A stretch of DNA of 64,000 nucleotides from the human T2T-CHM13v2.0 reference genome, Homo sapiens: NCBI RefSeq assembly GCF_009914755.1, contig NC_060934.1. One strand, given 5' to 3'. Positions 15,883 through 29,500 of this stretch are shown piece after piece. The notes beneath the pieces were generated by a model. That model made no database searches and was not told the origin of the DNA. It saw only the letters and a program-made list of their open reading frames with translations. The position numbers were made by a program, and so were the translations under genes. Every line of letters starts with the position of its first letter. Position 1 is the first letter of the stretch.

Positions 15883-16488
15883 CAGTCATCCCCTCGTTTA
15901 TACAGTGCATTGGTTCTAGGACCCCCAAGTATTCCAAAATCCACACATAATCAAGTCCTGCAGTCAGCCTTGCAGAACCTGTGTATAGAAAAAGGCAGCC
16001 CTCTGTATGTACATGGTGATATGGTTTGGCTGTATCCCCACCCAAATCTCATCTTGAATTGTAGCTCCCATAATCCCCACGAGTCATGGGAAGGACCCAT
16101 GGGAGGTAACTGAATCGTGGGAGTGGTTTCCTCCATGCTATTCTTGTGATGGTGAGTAAGTTCTCATCACGAGATCTGATGGTTTTATATGGGGCTTCTC
16201 CCTTCACTCCGTTCTCATTCTTCTCTCTCCTGCTGACTTGTGAAGAAGGATGTGCTTCCCCTTCCACCATGATTGTAAGTTTCCTGAGGCCTTCCCATCC
16301 CTGCAGAACTGTGAGTCAAACCTCTTTCCTCTATAAATTACCCAGTCTCAAGTATGTCCTTATAGCAGCATGAGAATGGCCTAATATACACGGGTTTTGC
16401 TGTATTTTTAATCTGCATTTAGTTGAAAAAAACCCTCATATAAATGGACCCATGCAGTTCAAACCCATGTTGTTCAAGGGTCAACAGT
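15883..16488. mobile_element. Tigger/MER2-family DNA transposon interrupted by THE1
   Basis: cagtcatcccctcg...ggttctaggaccccc start and gttcaaacccatgttgttcaagggtcaacag end, TA flanks. Confidence 0.7.
16017..16388 (+). mobile_element. THE1/MST MaLR solo LTR
   Basis: tgatatggtttggctg...ctaatata; 5-bp TSD CATGG/CACGG. Confidence 0.9.
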
Positions 16489-16717
16489 ATTAGTGAGATT
16501 TTCTTTATGTTGACCAGTGATTTCTTTCCATGAGCTTTAGACCGTCCAGCCCTGCCTGGCTCTCTGCTCCCATAGCCCTGTCTTGGGTTCTAGGCCAGTG
16601 GTTCTCGACACTGGCTGCTCACGAGAATCATCTGGAGAGCTTTGCAAAGAACAAATGCTCAGACCCATGCCAGGCCAGTTACAATCAGAATCTCTAGTGA
16701 CAGGACCCAGACATCAG

Positions 16718-16878
16718 TTGTTTTGTTTGTTTTGTTTTGTTTTGTTTGAGATAGGGTCTCGCTCTGTCACTGAGGCTGGAGTACAATGGTGTGATCATGG
16801 CTCACTGCAGCCTCAACTTCCTGGCTCAAACCATTCTCCTGCCTCAGCCTCCTGAGCAGCTGGAACCACAGGCATGTG
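16718..16878 (-). mobile_element. Partial Alu (right arm)
   Basis: (TTTTG)n tail + gagatagggtctcgctctgtc. Confidence 0.85.
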
Positions 16879-16879
16879 G

Positions 16880-18230
16880 TTTGCAAAAAGCAAAGTATAA
16901 AGACTATCTGTACTATATTACCCTTCATGTGAGAAAAAAGAGATTAAGAAAATATATGGTTATTTTCTCATTGTACCAAAGAAATACAGAAAAGATAAAT
17001 CAGAATAATGAGATTAGCTATCCATACAGAGAGAAGATAAGAACTGGGTAGAAATAATGGATGAATGGGATAGGTGAGATAATGAGAGTGATGCCTCTCT
17101 GAGTATATCTTTGTATGGTTCTGACTTTTTAGAATCATGGCAATGAATCACTTACTCAAGATAAATAATTAACATCTATCAGGATATGGTTGGGGAGGGG
17201 GGACCCAAAGTAAAATACAAACATTAACAAATAAGTCTAATTATATTACAAATGAATAATATTGTATTTAAATTGAATAATATTTACACTGAAGGGGTGA
17301 AGAAGGAACACACGAACTGGAGTAACTTTGCAAAACAGTATTTTGACTGTATACTATAACAGCAAAAAGAACTGTATACAAATTCTGTACTGTCATTACT
17401 AAACTTGTATATTCTTGACAAAACTGAATAAACTGGATTTAATTATGGGAAAATATCAGGCAAACCCAAATCACAGAAGTATGTTAGCAATAATGAAACT
17501 ACCTTATGTGTATACTAAGATTGAACAAATAAGTAAATATGTTGTAGATAAATACAGCTAGATTTCTCACTGTCTGAAAATGAAGTTACCATTAAGGAAG
17601 AGGGTCAAGTTAAAATGAATCTGTGACAGTGGGTTAGAATCAGAGGTATCAGTCTGAACTCATGTTAATACACATACAGATGGACAGATATAGAAATAAA
17701 GATATGTGTGTTAAATATTTCTGTTAGTATACGTATATTTCCTAGCTCTGTCCCTTGAGAGCACCTAGAAGAAATGACACCCCAATACCCATGAGCACAC
17801 CTAGAACCCAGATCTTGGCTTCTAAATACTATTCTCAGCCAGGTGTAGTAATCCCAGCACTTTGGGAGGAAGAAGCAGGAGGATCGCTTGAGCCCAGGAA
17901 TTCAAGACCAGCCTGGGTAATATAGTGAGACTCTGACTCTACAAAAACAAAAATTAAAAATAAAATTAGCCATACATGGTGGCGCATTTCTGTAGTCCCA
18001 GCTACTGGGGAGGCTGAGGTGGGAAGATCTCTTGAGGCCAGGAGTTTGAGGTCACAGTGAGCTATGATCTCACCACCGCACTCCAGCCTTGGTGACAGAG
18101 CAAGACCGTGTCTTTTTAAAAAGCAACAACAACAACAACAAAAAAGCCCCTGTGGAACTATACACTTAAAAAGGCAGATTTTAATGTATGTTAAATTATA
18201 TATTAACAAAAATATTTAAATGTAAAACAT
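16880..18230 (+). mobile_element. Old L1 (L1MC/MD-like) fragments, Alu-interrupted
   Basis: AT-rich L1-like 3' sequence (ctagctctgtcccttgagagcacctagaagaaatgacacccc). Confidence 0.55.
17837..18143 (+). mobile_element. Alu (AluJ-type)
   Basis: J-type ggaggatcgcttgagcccagg. Confidence 0.9.
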
Positions 18231-18248
18231 GCACACATTCACAGCATA

Positions 18249-18520
18249 TTTTCTTTTTTCACCCAGGCTGGAGTGCAGTGGCGTGATCTCGCTCATTGCA
18301 AGCTCTGCCTCCTGGGTTCACGCCATTCTCCTGCCTCACCCTCCCGAGTAGCTGGGACTACAGGCACCCACGACCACGCCCGGCTAATTTTTTGTATTTT
18401 TTAGTAGAGATGGGGTTTCACCATTTTAGCCAGGATGGTCTCGATCTCCTGACCTTGTCATCCACCCGCCTTGGCCTCCCAAAGTGCTGGGATTACAGGC
18501 ATGAGCCACCGCGCCCGGCC
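18249..18520 (-). mobile_element. Alu (AluY/Sc-like, 3' deletion)
   Basis: gggttcacgccattctcc; ATTCACAGCA on both flanks. Confidence 0.9.
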
Positions 18521-18777
18521 ATTCACAGCACATTTTCTGAGAATGCATACAAAAGACAGAAATATAACAGAATGGCTGCCTATGGGTCAGAGAAGAGATG
18601 TAGAGTGGAATAGGTATATAGAAGGAAACAAATAAACAAAAGAAGAGCTTTGCAACAGAGTGAAATCACATAGTGCCATGAACTGTAAACTGAATGAATG
18701 ATTCAACCTTCTGTATGTGAGTTAAAAAAAAAACAAAACCAACACAAAACAAAACAAAAAGAAAGAAAGGAAGAAAA

Positions 18778-19345
18778 AGCTGGGCATGGTGCCTCACTCC
18801 TGTAATCCCAGCACTTTGGGAGGCTGAGGCGGGCAGATGGCTTGAACCCAGGAGTTTGAGACAAGCCTGGGTAACATGACAAAACTCCATCTCTACAAAA
18901 AATAGAAAAATTAGCCATTGGTGGTGGCACATGCCTGTAGTCCCAGGACCTGGGCCCAGGCAGGTTGAGACTGCAGTAAGCCATGATCGTGCACTGCGCT
19001 CCAGCCTGGATGACAGAGTGAGACTGTCTCAAAAAAAAGAGGCCGGTGTGGTGGTTCATGCCTGTAATCCCAGCACTTTGGGAGGCCGAGGCAGGCAGGT
19101 CACTTGAGATCAAGAGTTCAAAACCAGACTGGCTAACATGGTGAAACCCCATCTCTACTAAAAATACAAAAATTAGCTGGGTGTGGTGGCAGAAGCCTGT
19201 AATCCTAGCCACTCGGGAGGCTGAGGCAGGAGTATCACTTCAACCTGGGAGGCGGAGGTTGCAGTGAGCCGAGATCCCAGCACTGCATTCCAGCCCGGGT
19301 GACAGTGAGACTCCAAAAAAAAAAAAAAAAAAAAAAGAAAGAAAA
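18778..19345 (+). mobile_element. Two head-to-tail Alus (18778-19039, 19041-19345)
   Basis: Second Alu begins directly after the A tail of the first. Confidence 0.9.
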
Positions 19346-21022
19346 AATAGTGAAGCTGTGTGAAGTTTTATTTAATTGCAGAAGATTCTATTAGAAACAA
19401 CATAAATACAAATCAAAATAAATTGTAGTACATCCATACAATGGAATTCTAAGCAGTTGGTGAAAATAGTGAGAAACTCTTTTATTTATTAATATGGGAT
19501 AACAACATGTAAGTTTATTTTAATGAATCTTTTTTACAGCATACATGGTATATTTTTAAGTGGGGTGTGGTGGGAAGTAAAAGTACGGGACTGGCTGTTT
19601 GGAACCTTAGCATGTCCTCAATTTGCTTGCACTCGCATAAAATAGTGTTTGAAAGAGACACAAGAAACTGGCAACACTGGTTGCCTCCCAGGAGGGAGAG
19701 GAGCTGGGAGGCCAGAGGACAGGGGCGGAAGGGAGATTTTTCACTGGAGAATTTTGGTAGTTTTTGACTATTGAATCATCTGAATGTTTTATGTATTCAA
19801 ACAATATTTTAAATATGAGTGTATGAAAAAGATGGGGAGACGCCACCTTAACCAGCTAGTGACCTCATTATATCACTGTTGACTGGTATGCATGTATTTA
19901 TGTGTATGCATGTGTGCATCTCTGCACATGTGTGCCTGAGTACACGTGTGTGTGTCTATGTGTTGGAAAGGAGAGGAATGCAGTTTATGTTCAGCATTGG
20001 CAAAGGAAGCTGGGACTCAGCAGTGGGTAACGGTTCCACCAGACAGAGCTGGTACTGTGGAGGGGAGCTGACTCTGCACTGGCTCCACATCCTGGGTCCT
20101 AGAACCTACAGAAACGTGGGCTGTGGCTCCCTCTGCCCCGAGTCAGTGAAGTCACTCTGAATAGGGCTGTCCAGGCTCTGGATCCTGAGGACCAGTGAGC
20201 TGCTGGGAGCTCTGAGCTCAGAATCTGCAGGCTCAGACCTCTAGGGGTCTCCATATCTCTGAAAACCAGTCCCTCACCTGGAGTCTCAGGTTGGTGGAAA
20301 CTTGATTCTAAAACAAGAAAGGCCAGTCGCATGAGAGAGTAGAGAGTAGATGGCACTGTTCTGACATCTGCAGGATGCACCGGCAGGAATTTAGAGGTCA
20401 AGTGGTCCACTGAGTGGCCGGCCAGTCCCTGCTTAGACACTCCAAGGGACAGAGAGCTCATTACTTACAGGCAGGACTCTCTTCTGTGCCCTGCTCAATT
20501 TCCAGCTCAAATGAGTGGAGTTTTCGTTCCCGATTCAGAGGAAACCTGCCTCCCTTCCACTTCTCCCCACTGGCTCTAATTCTGCCCATGCGAGCTCCGT
20601 GAGAGAGTGGGACTGAATGGTATAATACAATAATTAGAAGTATGGGTGTGAGAATGTTGACCTTGACACCTATTAGCTGTGTAACTACAGACCAGTTTCT
20701 TAACCACTCCGAGCATGTTTCCTCTTCCATAAAATGGGGAGGACCATAAACTCTACTTCACTGGATTGTTGTGAGGATGAATTAAGATAATGCATGAAAA
20801 GTAACATCATGCCAGGCACAAAGAAAACAGGAAATTCATTAAATCTCTTATTTCTAGTCTAACTCTTCAGCCCCAAGACTGTCTTGAGAGTTCGAGACCA
20901 CGGCATGGCCAAGAGGCCAGCCCAGCAATGATATCTGTCTTCTAAGCTTTGATTTCCAGCCTTATCTGAGAAGTTGAAGTGGGGGGTAGGGGACACTCCT
21001 GCTGCCAACTGCCCGCACTCAC

Positions 21023-21337
21023 CAGTGATGAGGTTGTCCACAAGGGTGGTGGGCATGCAGAAGATGCCCACCAGCAGGTCACTGACAGCCAGGTTGAGGA
21101 TGAACATGTTGGTGACAGTATGCATGTGCCGGTTCTTGAGCACGATGAAACAGACCAGGGTGTTGCCCACCATGCAGAGCAGGAAGATGAGCGCATAGGC
21201 CACAATGAACATGGCCGCCACAGGGGAGGTGTGCTGATAGTAGGAGGAGAAGGTGAGGTTTGTAGCCGGGGTGGCCTCAGTGTTAGTCCCATTCTGACTT
21301 AGGGGCCAACTGCTGTTGGGAGGCTGGGAGGGCTCCC
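21023..21337 (-). CDS. NPFFR1: NPFFR1 coding exon 2 (N-terminus with N-glycosylation sequons, TM1-TM2)
   Basis: TAG acceptor 21338-21340, donor G|GTGAGT at 21022; GN (TM1) and LAVSD (TM2) class A motifs; 315 nt. Confidence 0.98.
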
Positions 21338-21589
21338 CTAGGACCAAAGGAATATATTGGTCAGGACCTTAGGCAAAGAAGAGATTACCGATTTCTCACC
21401 ACTAATGAGACCCTCTGTGTGCCAAACCTTAACCATGCCCTGGTCCCCCAAGCATGTCCCCAGCTCCAGTTGCAACTTGATGCACTGATCCAAGACTTTC
21501 AGCCTACAACCACTCAAACCCTGGTCTTGTACTTCATGCCCTGTCTTGCCCATAACTCATTCTCCAATGTTGGTTTTTCTTTATTAACT

Positions 21590-22048
21590 CCCCCATCCCA
21601 TTTAGGTTCCAACTTTCTTGGCCCTCCTGTGTGCCCCAGAGGCTAACCTCTAAGTTCTGCATTGCCCTGGTTCCCTTGTCTTCTGGCTTCTAGCTGGGTT
21701 CAGCCAATGCCAGGCCCTGAAGGAGATGGGAGGGCAGGAGCAGAGAGAGAGGTCAGGGTGTTTGTCTTCTGATTCCCTTCCTGCCTGGCCCAATTCTTTC
21801 AGCAGCTGTTTTTCCCTATAGCCACAGCCTGCTCCTATTGGGTGAGTCCCCTTTCATGGCTCTAGCCCTCACCTGACTACAGTAACACTCTTCCCTCTCC
21901 TTGCACTCAATGGTAACAGCTTCCTGTGGTTGTGAGTCCCTGGGTGCTTCACCGTTTCTGGCTGGTTCTCTTAACCCTCTCTTCTTCCATTAAACTCTGT
22001 TCAGTTAAACCCTTTCTGAGTGCACCATTTGTTTTCTGCTGGGACCCA
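21590..22048 (+). mobile_element. LTR33-like ERVL LTR
   Basis: ctggcttctagctgggttcagccaatg...ccattaaactct...ttttctgctgggaccc. Confidence 0.55.
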
Positions 22049-22919
22049 ATTATTATACCCTCAAACTCTTTGATGTCGTTCCCCTTCATCTCCTCCATGG
22101 AACTTTAGTTGAGAAAGGCAAGAAGGCAGTAGAGAAAGGGAGAATGAAGGGGAACTGTGAACCAGGGCTAAGGAGAAGAGGCACATCACATTCAGCAGAA
22201 CATCCAAAGCAGGGGCTCCTGCTCAACCTTTGCCTCCTCCCATCCCATGATCAGCTGTTCTGCCTGCATAGCATTTAACATAACACTTCCACATCTATTA
22301 TTTTATTTAGCTCTCCGAGCCATCCCATGATGTAAGTCATTAGGTATTAGCCTCATTTGTTTTCTTTTGTATTTTTTTTAAACCCTCATTGAATTACCCT
22401 AAGGTGTTAGCTTCATTTGAAATGGAGGTCAGAAAGGTTCCATGACTTGCTCAAGGTCCTCCAATGATGCTGCAGCACAGCTGGCCCTGCTCTGTGTGTC
22501 TGTGAATTAGGACCAGGCTTTGGTGTGTGTTTCCCCAGGCTTGCTTCGAAGGGAAGGCTCAGTGTCCAACCACAGCTCTTCTGGGAAGTCATTAGTTGGG
22601 GTGACTCATGATGTTGTGTCATAAACTTTCCTCCTGAGGCCTGTTCCAGGGGATGAAGAGTCCCTGTGGAATCTTTCTGTCACACCCAGAACTCAGCCAC
22701 TGGCCTGGAGGCTCAATGGAGGCTGGGGGCCTGGAGGTTAGAGACCCTCAGAGGAGCAGGGCCAGCGAGCTGGCATCATCAGGGCTGCAGGGACCAGCAG
22801 GGGGCACTGCGGTGAGTGTTGGGATGGGGCAGAGGGACTGCGGCGGGAGGCGGACAACCTGCAAACTTCCTGTGCCCGATGAGAGATGATACTCCCAGGT
22901 TTAGGCCTTCCAAGGACTT

Positions 22920-24150
22920 CCAACTGTACTCAAACATCTTTATTTTAATATGGTAAATGTCAAACATGTAGAAGAGAGAATATTGTAATAAACATATACA
23001 AGAGTATAAAGTTTAATGAGCTGTTATTAGAGGGATCATATAAAGAACCCCCATGTATACATCATCTGCTTTCAACAGTTATCAACTCGAGGCCTGGAGT
23101 TGTTTCATCCATATCCCCACTTCTCTTTGGATTATTTTGAAGTAAATACCAGACATTACTTCCTTTCATCCATAAATGTTTCAGTTTGTACCTTTAAAAA
23201 ATAAGGACTCAAAAAAACAACATGAAAAAATGTGGTTTCCATCATTATCAAACCTAACAAAATTAACAATTATGTAATTATATCATTAAATAGCCAGCAT
23301 CCAGCAAAATTTCCTGATTGTTTCATAATTTTTTAAATAGTTGGTTTGTTTGAGTGTGGATCGGAGCAAGATTTCTGTTTCTATTACCTATTATTATGTT
23401 GTGAACCACCCCAAAATTTAATGGTACAGCACTGTGGCTTGGCAATCTGAGTAGTTCTTCTCCTGGTCTCTCTTGGGACTCTCGTGCAGCTGCTGTAGTT
23501 ATCTGCTGGCTCAGCTGGGGCTGGGAGGTCCAAGGTGTCCCTCACATGGCTGGTGATTAGTGCTGGCCATTGGCTGGGATGTCTCAGTTCTCCACTCAGC
23601 CTCTCATCCTCCAGGAAGCTAGTGTGGGCTTCTTCAGAGAACAGTGGTCTCAGGGTTCCAAGAGAGCAAGAAAAGAAGCTACAAGCTTCTTAAGTCCGAG
23701 ACTCTGGAATTTTCACATCACGTCTGTCACATTTTATTGGCCAAAGTAAGTCACAAGGGATGCCCAGGTTCAAGTCAGTGGATAAATAGTTTCTCCTGTT
23801 GATAGGAAGAAAAGCAATATAGCATTGCAGAAGAGGTGTGGACATGGAAGTGTGATTCATTAAGGTCCATTATGATAAAGTCTACCACCATCCCCATATT
23901 GCATTTGGTAGACGTGATGCTGAAGTCTCTTTTAGTTCACAGGTCCCCAGTCTGTCTCTTTTCCCTTCTGCAGTATGTTTGTCATATGGACTGAGTGGTT
24001 GGTCTGTAGCACTTCTGCAGGCTGGATTTTTCTGATTGCTCCCTCATGATGTCATTTTACATGTTCTGCTCTCTGTTCCCTGTATTACCTGTACTTGGCA
24101 GTCAGATCTAGAGTCTTGATCAGATTTTGTCCAGTGGCCTTTCTCTTTGT
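22920..24150. mobile_element. Old L1 fragments with an internal MLT1-type LTR (~23375-23890)
   Basis: L1-like ggattattttgaagtaaat; MLT1-like cacattttattggccaaagtaagtcacaagg. Confidence 0.55.
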
Positions 24151-24164
24151 GGTGCTGGCTCAAT

Positions 24165-24407
<243 letters not shown>

Positions 24408-24461
24408 TAACATAATATTTTCAGCAGACACTAAGGATTATTGCCTAGACTCCCCACTGCA

Positions 24462-24718
24462 TTTTTTTTTTTTTTGAGACGGAGTCTTGATCTGTTGCCC
24501 AGACTGGAGTGCAATGGCTTCGATCTTGGCTCACTGCAACCTCTGCCTCCTGGGTTCAAGTGATTCTCCTGCCGTAGCCTCCTGAGTAGCTGGGATTACA
24601 GGTGCATGCCACCACACCCAGCTAATTTTGTATTTTTAATAGAGACAGTGTTTCACCATGTTGGCCAGGCTAGTCTCAAACTCCTGACCACAGGTGATCC
24701 ACCTGCCTCAGCCTCCCA
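24462..24718 (-). mobile_element. Alu (AluS-type, 5' truncated)
   Basis: Reverse Alu consensus with poly-T. Confidence 0.9.
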
Positions 24719-25859
24719 ACCCTCATTGCATTTTAAATACAATCCACGCTCCTTACCAAGGCCTCCAAAACACTTCATGGTCTGATCCCTGTTGACATCT
24801 CTCTGACCTCACCCAGTGCCACTCTCCCCTTTGCCCATTATGCTCTGGTCACTTTGCCATCTGCTTAGCTCCTCACGCACTCCTGCTTCTTCCAACCCCA
24901 GGGCCTTTGCTCGTCCCTTCCTTTAGCTCTCAGCATAAATGTTGTCTTCCCATAGCATCTGGTTTATGTTCATCAATCTGTCAATAGTTTGTGTGTTTCT
25001 AGGTTGATTGTCTTTTTCCCCATGCTTGACAGCACCTGCAAAGCAAGGATCTTCCCTGTCTTGTTGGTGGCAGTGTCCTCAGCATCTTGTCAGTGCCTGC
25101 CCAAAGTAAATGGTTCAATAAACAGCTAATAATTATGGAATAAATAAATATCTGTAGGAAGGAAAAAAAGAAAGGAAGGTGGATCCTTATATCAGGTGAG
25201 AGGGTCCTGCTGCAGGCAGGCAGTGCTGATGTTGGAAGGCCTTCTCCAGGCCCCTCCAGAAAGAACCCCCATGAGAGGCATCACTCATCCCAGCACCTGT
25301 TGGGAGACTTGCTTACCCCTGCCGAGCCTCAAAATTAGCTCTGAATCATCTCCCATGACTGGGGGGATCTGTGGGTATGGATGGGCAGAGGAAACTGCCA
25401 GAACCTTTCAGGCTAGACTCCAGTCCATTTCCCCCACTATCCTTCACTTGGCCCTCAAGTAAGCTCATCTTCCGAAGTCTGTCCTGAGAAGTATCTGGGA
25501 GTGACCCTGCCCATTGCTAGAGCCTCAGCAGAGCCTGGGCATCATTTCTAGACAGGGCCCAGATTCCAGCACTGCACATGAATCCTTTCTGGAGGAGGAA
25601 AAACTCCTTCCCATTCCTGGCAATTCCACTGGACTGGAGGCAGGCAGGCCTCCCACCCCATCTGGGCTGCATGCTAGCAGCCAGAGACCTCATTGACACC
25701 TTGGATTTGTCCTTCCTGGGATCTGCCAGGTGCCCTTGTAATTACAGCCTGTGAAATTTTCATCCTTGAACCCGGTGAAGCCATTCCTCTACTGGAGGAG
25801 CTTCCCCATCTCAGGGTGTAATAATGGTTGTCTCCAGGGTACCCAAGAGAGATCAGGGT

Positions 25860-26052
25860 GTATAGTTCTCAAAGAGGGGTCCCGACCAGCAGTGTCAGCA
25901 ACACCTGGAACTCATTGGAAACAGAAATTCTTGGGCCACAACCCTGGCCTTGGGAACCAGAAACCCTTGGGACTCGGGCCTAGCTATCTCTGTTTTACAT
26001 TTTGAAGCATCCTTCAGATGATTCCAACGCACACTGTGGTTTGAGAACCACA
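25860..26052. mobile_element. MER5A-like hAT MITE
   Basis: agttctcaaa...gtttgagaaccac terminal inverted repeats. Confidence 0.7.
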
Positions 26053-26177
26053 GAATTAAAAGCCTTGAACTAAAGACACCTCGAGTGGATACACACAGTC
26101 TGGGAAGTCCCAGCCCTTCTTCCTGCCTCCTTACCTCTGTGCAAACTCAGCATTCTCATATTTAAAATAGAAACAGA

Positions 26178-26480
<303 letters not shown>

Positions 26481-26780
26481 TAAAAAATAGAAAATAAAAC
26501 AGAAAAACAGACATTTTCTGGGTGTGACCTAGGGTAGGTCATGTCATCTCCCTGGAAGCCAGACTCCTTATTGGTAAAATGGAGATAAATGAACACCTGC
26601 CAAAGAAGGGCTGTGCTGAGGCTTCGATGAGACGACATGTGAGAACTAAGAGCACATCGTACACATGGCACTCTGTGTGAGGCAGCAGCAGCGGGGCTGA
26701 TAGTTCTGAGCCACACAATGGATGTGAGCATAATTTTTTATAATACAAACTGAAAGAAGTGCGAATGAGAAAAAAATCCC

Positions 26781-27273
<493 letters not shown>

Positions 27274-29134
27274 TCAGTCTGGGTGTTTCCCTGAGTTCAC
27301 AGGCCTCCCACTGATGGCTTCATCCTTGTTACCATTTGCTTGCTGATCCTGGGAACACGTGGGTGCCCCACCTCTTCCTGAGAGGCTGCCAGTGAACCCA
27401 GGCCTGGATGCAGAGACGCTGGACCCGCTGAAGAACACAACACAGGGCTGCCGAGTACATGCAGCATGAACAGGACTGATGGCTGTTAACTACACGAAAC
27501 AAAAAGTTCAAGTTCATTTGTAATCTAAGCAATGCAATTTTGCTTTGATTGTTGGGTTAACCTTTTCATCAAACAGATTTTTGCTTGGATTGTTCGGTTA
27601 AACTTTTCGTCAAACAGATCGGCAATGACTGAATTATTCAATAAGGGCCAGAGCATGGATGTGCCCTGTAGGGAGGGGTGCAGGGTGAGGGGACAACAAA
27701 TCAGCTCTTCGCAGTCGAGGCACATCTGTCCAGAGCCCTAGTGAGGGACCCGCCCCCAGATCCAGCCATTCCAGTTCTCACGGTTTACCCTAAGGAACAG
27801 AGTGAGGTCTCAGGATGAGAGGGAAAGTATTGACCATGGGACATGGTAATGGTTACAAAATAGTATGTACATGCATTATAAGTCTGTACTCTGTATAAAA
27901 AGTGTACGTTTATGTGAACTGTAGGTGAACAGAAAAAATAACAATGTTTGTCCACAAGGGGTGGTGTTTCCTCAAGTGATTTTTATTTTCGGTTTTTCTA
28001 GCTTGCATTTAACCTTTCTAATCAGAAGGAAACTGATACGTGTGATAAAATACTGATGATGTCACTGGTTCTTGGCCCTGACTCATATCAAAATCACCTG
28101 GCTTTTAACAATACAGCTCCTGCCCCTTCCAACTGGATCAGAATCTCTACAGGGTGGTAGGGAAGGATGGATGATGGGCAGGGGATGGGGTTGTTCAGGC
28201 ACTGGTATTTTTCAAAAAACTCCCCTGGTGATTTCCATGTGTAGCCGGATTTGAGAACCACTGAACCATACAGCCCCTGCCCTCCCGCCACTCACAGTCA
28301 AGTTTAGTGTGGCTTAACATTTTGGGGGTCATCAAATTCTTTAAGACTCTGATGCATTTTGATTCCTTCACAGATGCTTTCCTAGGGCTTCCTTTTGTTA
28401 TGCCAATCAATGGTTCCTGTCTGGAGGAATTTATGGTCTCCAAAAGCATTGGATCCGCTCCCAAAAAGAGCCCTGGATTTTGGCACACACTTTCAAGGCA
28501 GTGTTGGACATCAGGTTTTGGGCTCACCCTGCATCCATGAGCCCTTCTTTCTCGAGTACTGATTTTTCCCCTGGGGAGTCAGCCTCCTCCTCACATGGAG
28601 CTTTTGAGGGACCGTCCATCAGGTGTCTGCACCAACCGCTGGCCAGAGGATGCCAATCAGACCTCTTCTGCTTTGGATTTGCCTCTGAGTCTTCATAACA
28701 CAGCTTTTCCTTCCATTGGATGACCTCCCCACACCCTTCCAATGGATTCCCAGTGTTGGTTAGGTTGGCCAGCACTCGTTTCTGTTGCTTATAACCCTAG
28801 TGTCTTGGTGAATACAAGGGGATTCAAGTTAGTCATCCATGGACCTCCTGGGAGTCTGCAGAGTCCAGGTTCAGAATCCCAGGGTCAGAGAAAGTGTTAG
28901 AGATGGGCAGGGGTAGCACCATAGACCCCCAAGTTTCCTGTTCCCTAGATTAGATGTTTGTGCCCACCTCCCTCCCCAACACCATCCCACACGCTGTCTC
29001 TTAACAGGCCATGTAATCTTCCACGGAGACTGTGCTAATGCAGAGAGGAAAGGACACTGACCTGGGAATCAGAAAGCGTGGCCTTGAGAGCTGGCCCCAT
29101 GGTGGTCACTGACTGCATATAACAGAGGTTGGGG

Positions 29135-29500
<366 letters not shown>

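Noticed and set aside
20859-21347. ORF-track N- and C-terminal extensions of NPFFR1/LRRC20 exons (MVLG..., ECGQL..., MPASH..., MLSSM...)
   Set aside because: Intronic read-through beyond clear GT-AG boundaries; spliced phases give an exact 430-aa NPFFR1
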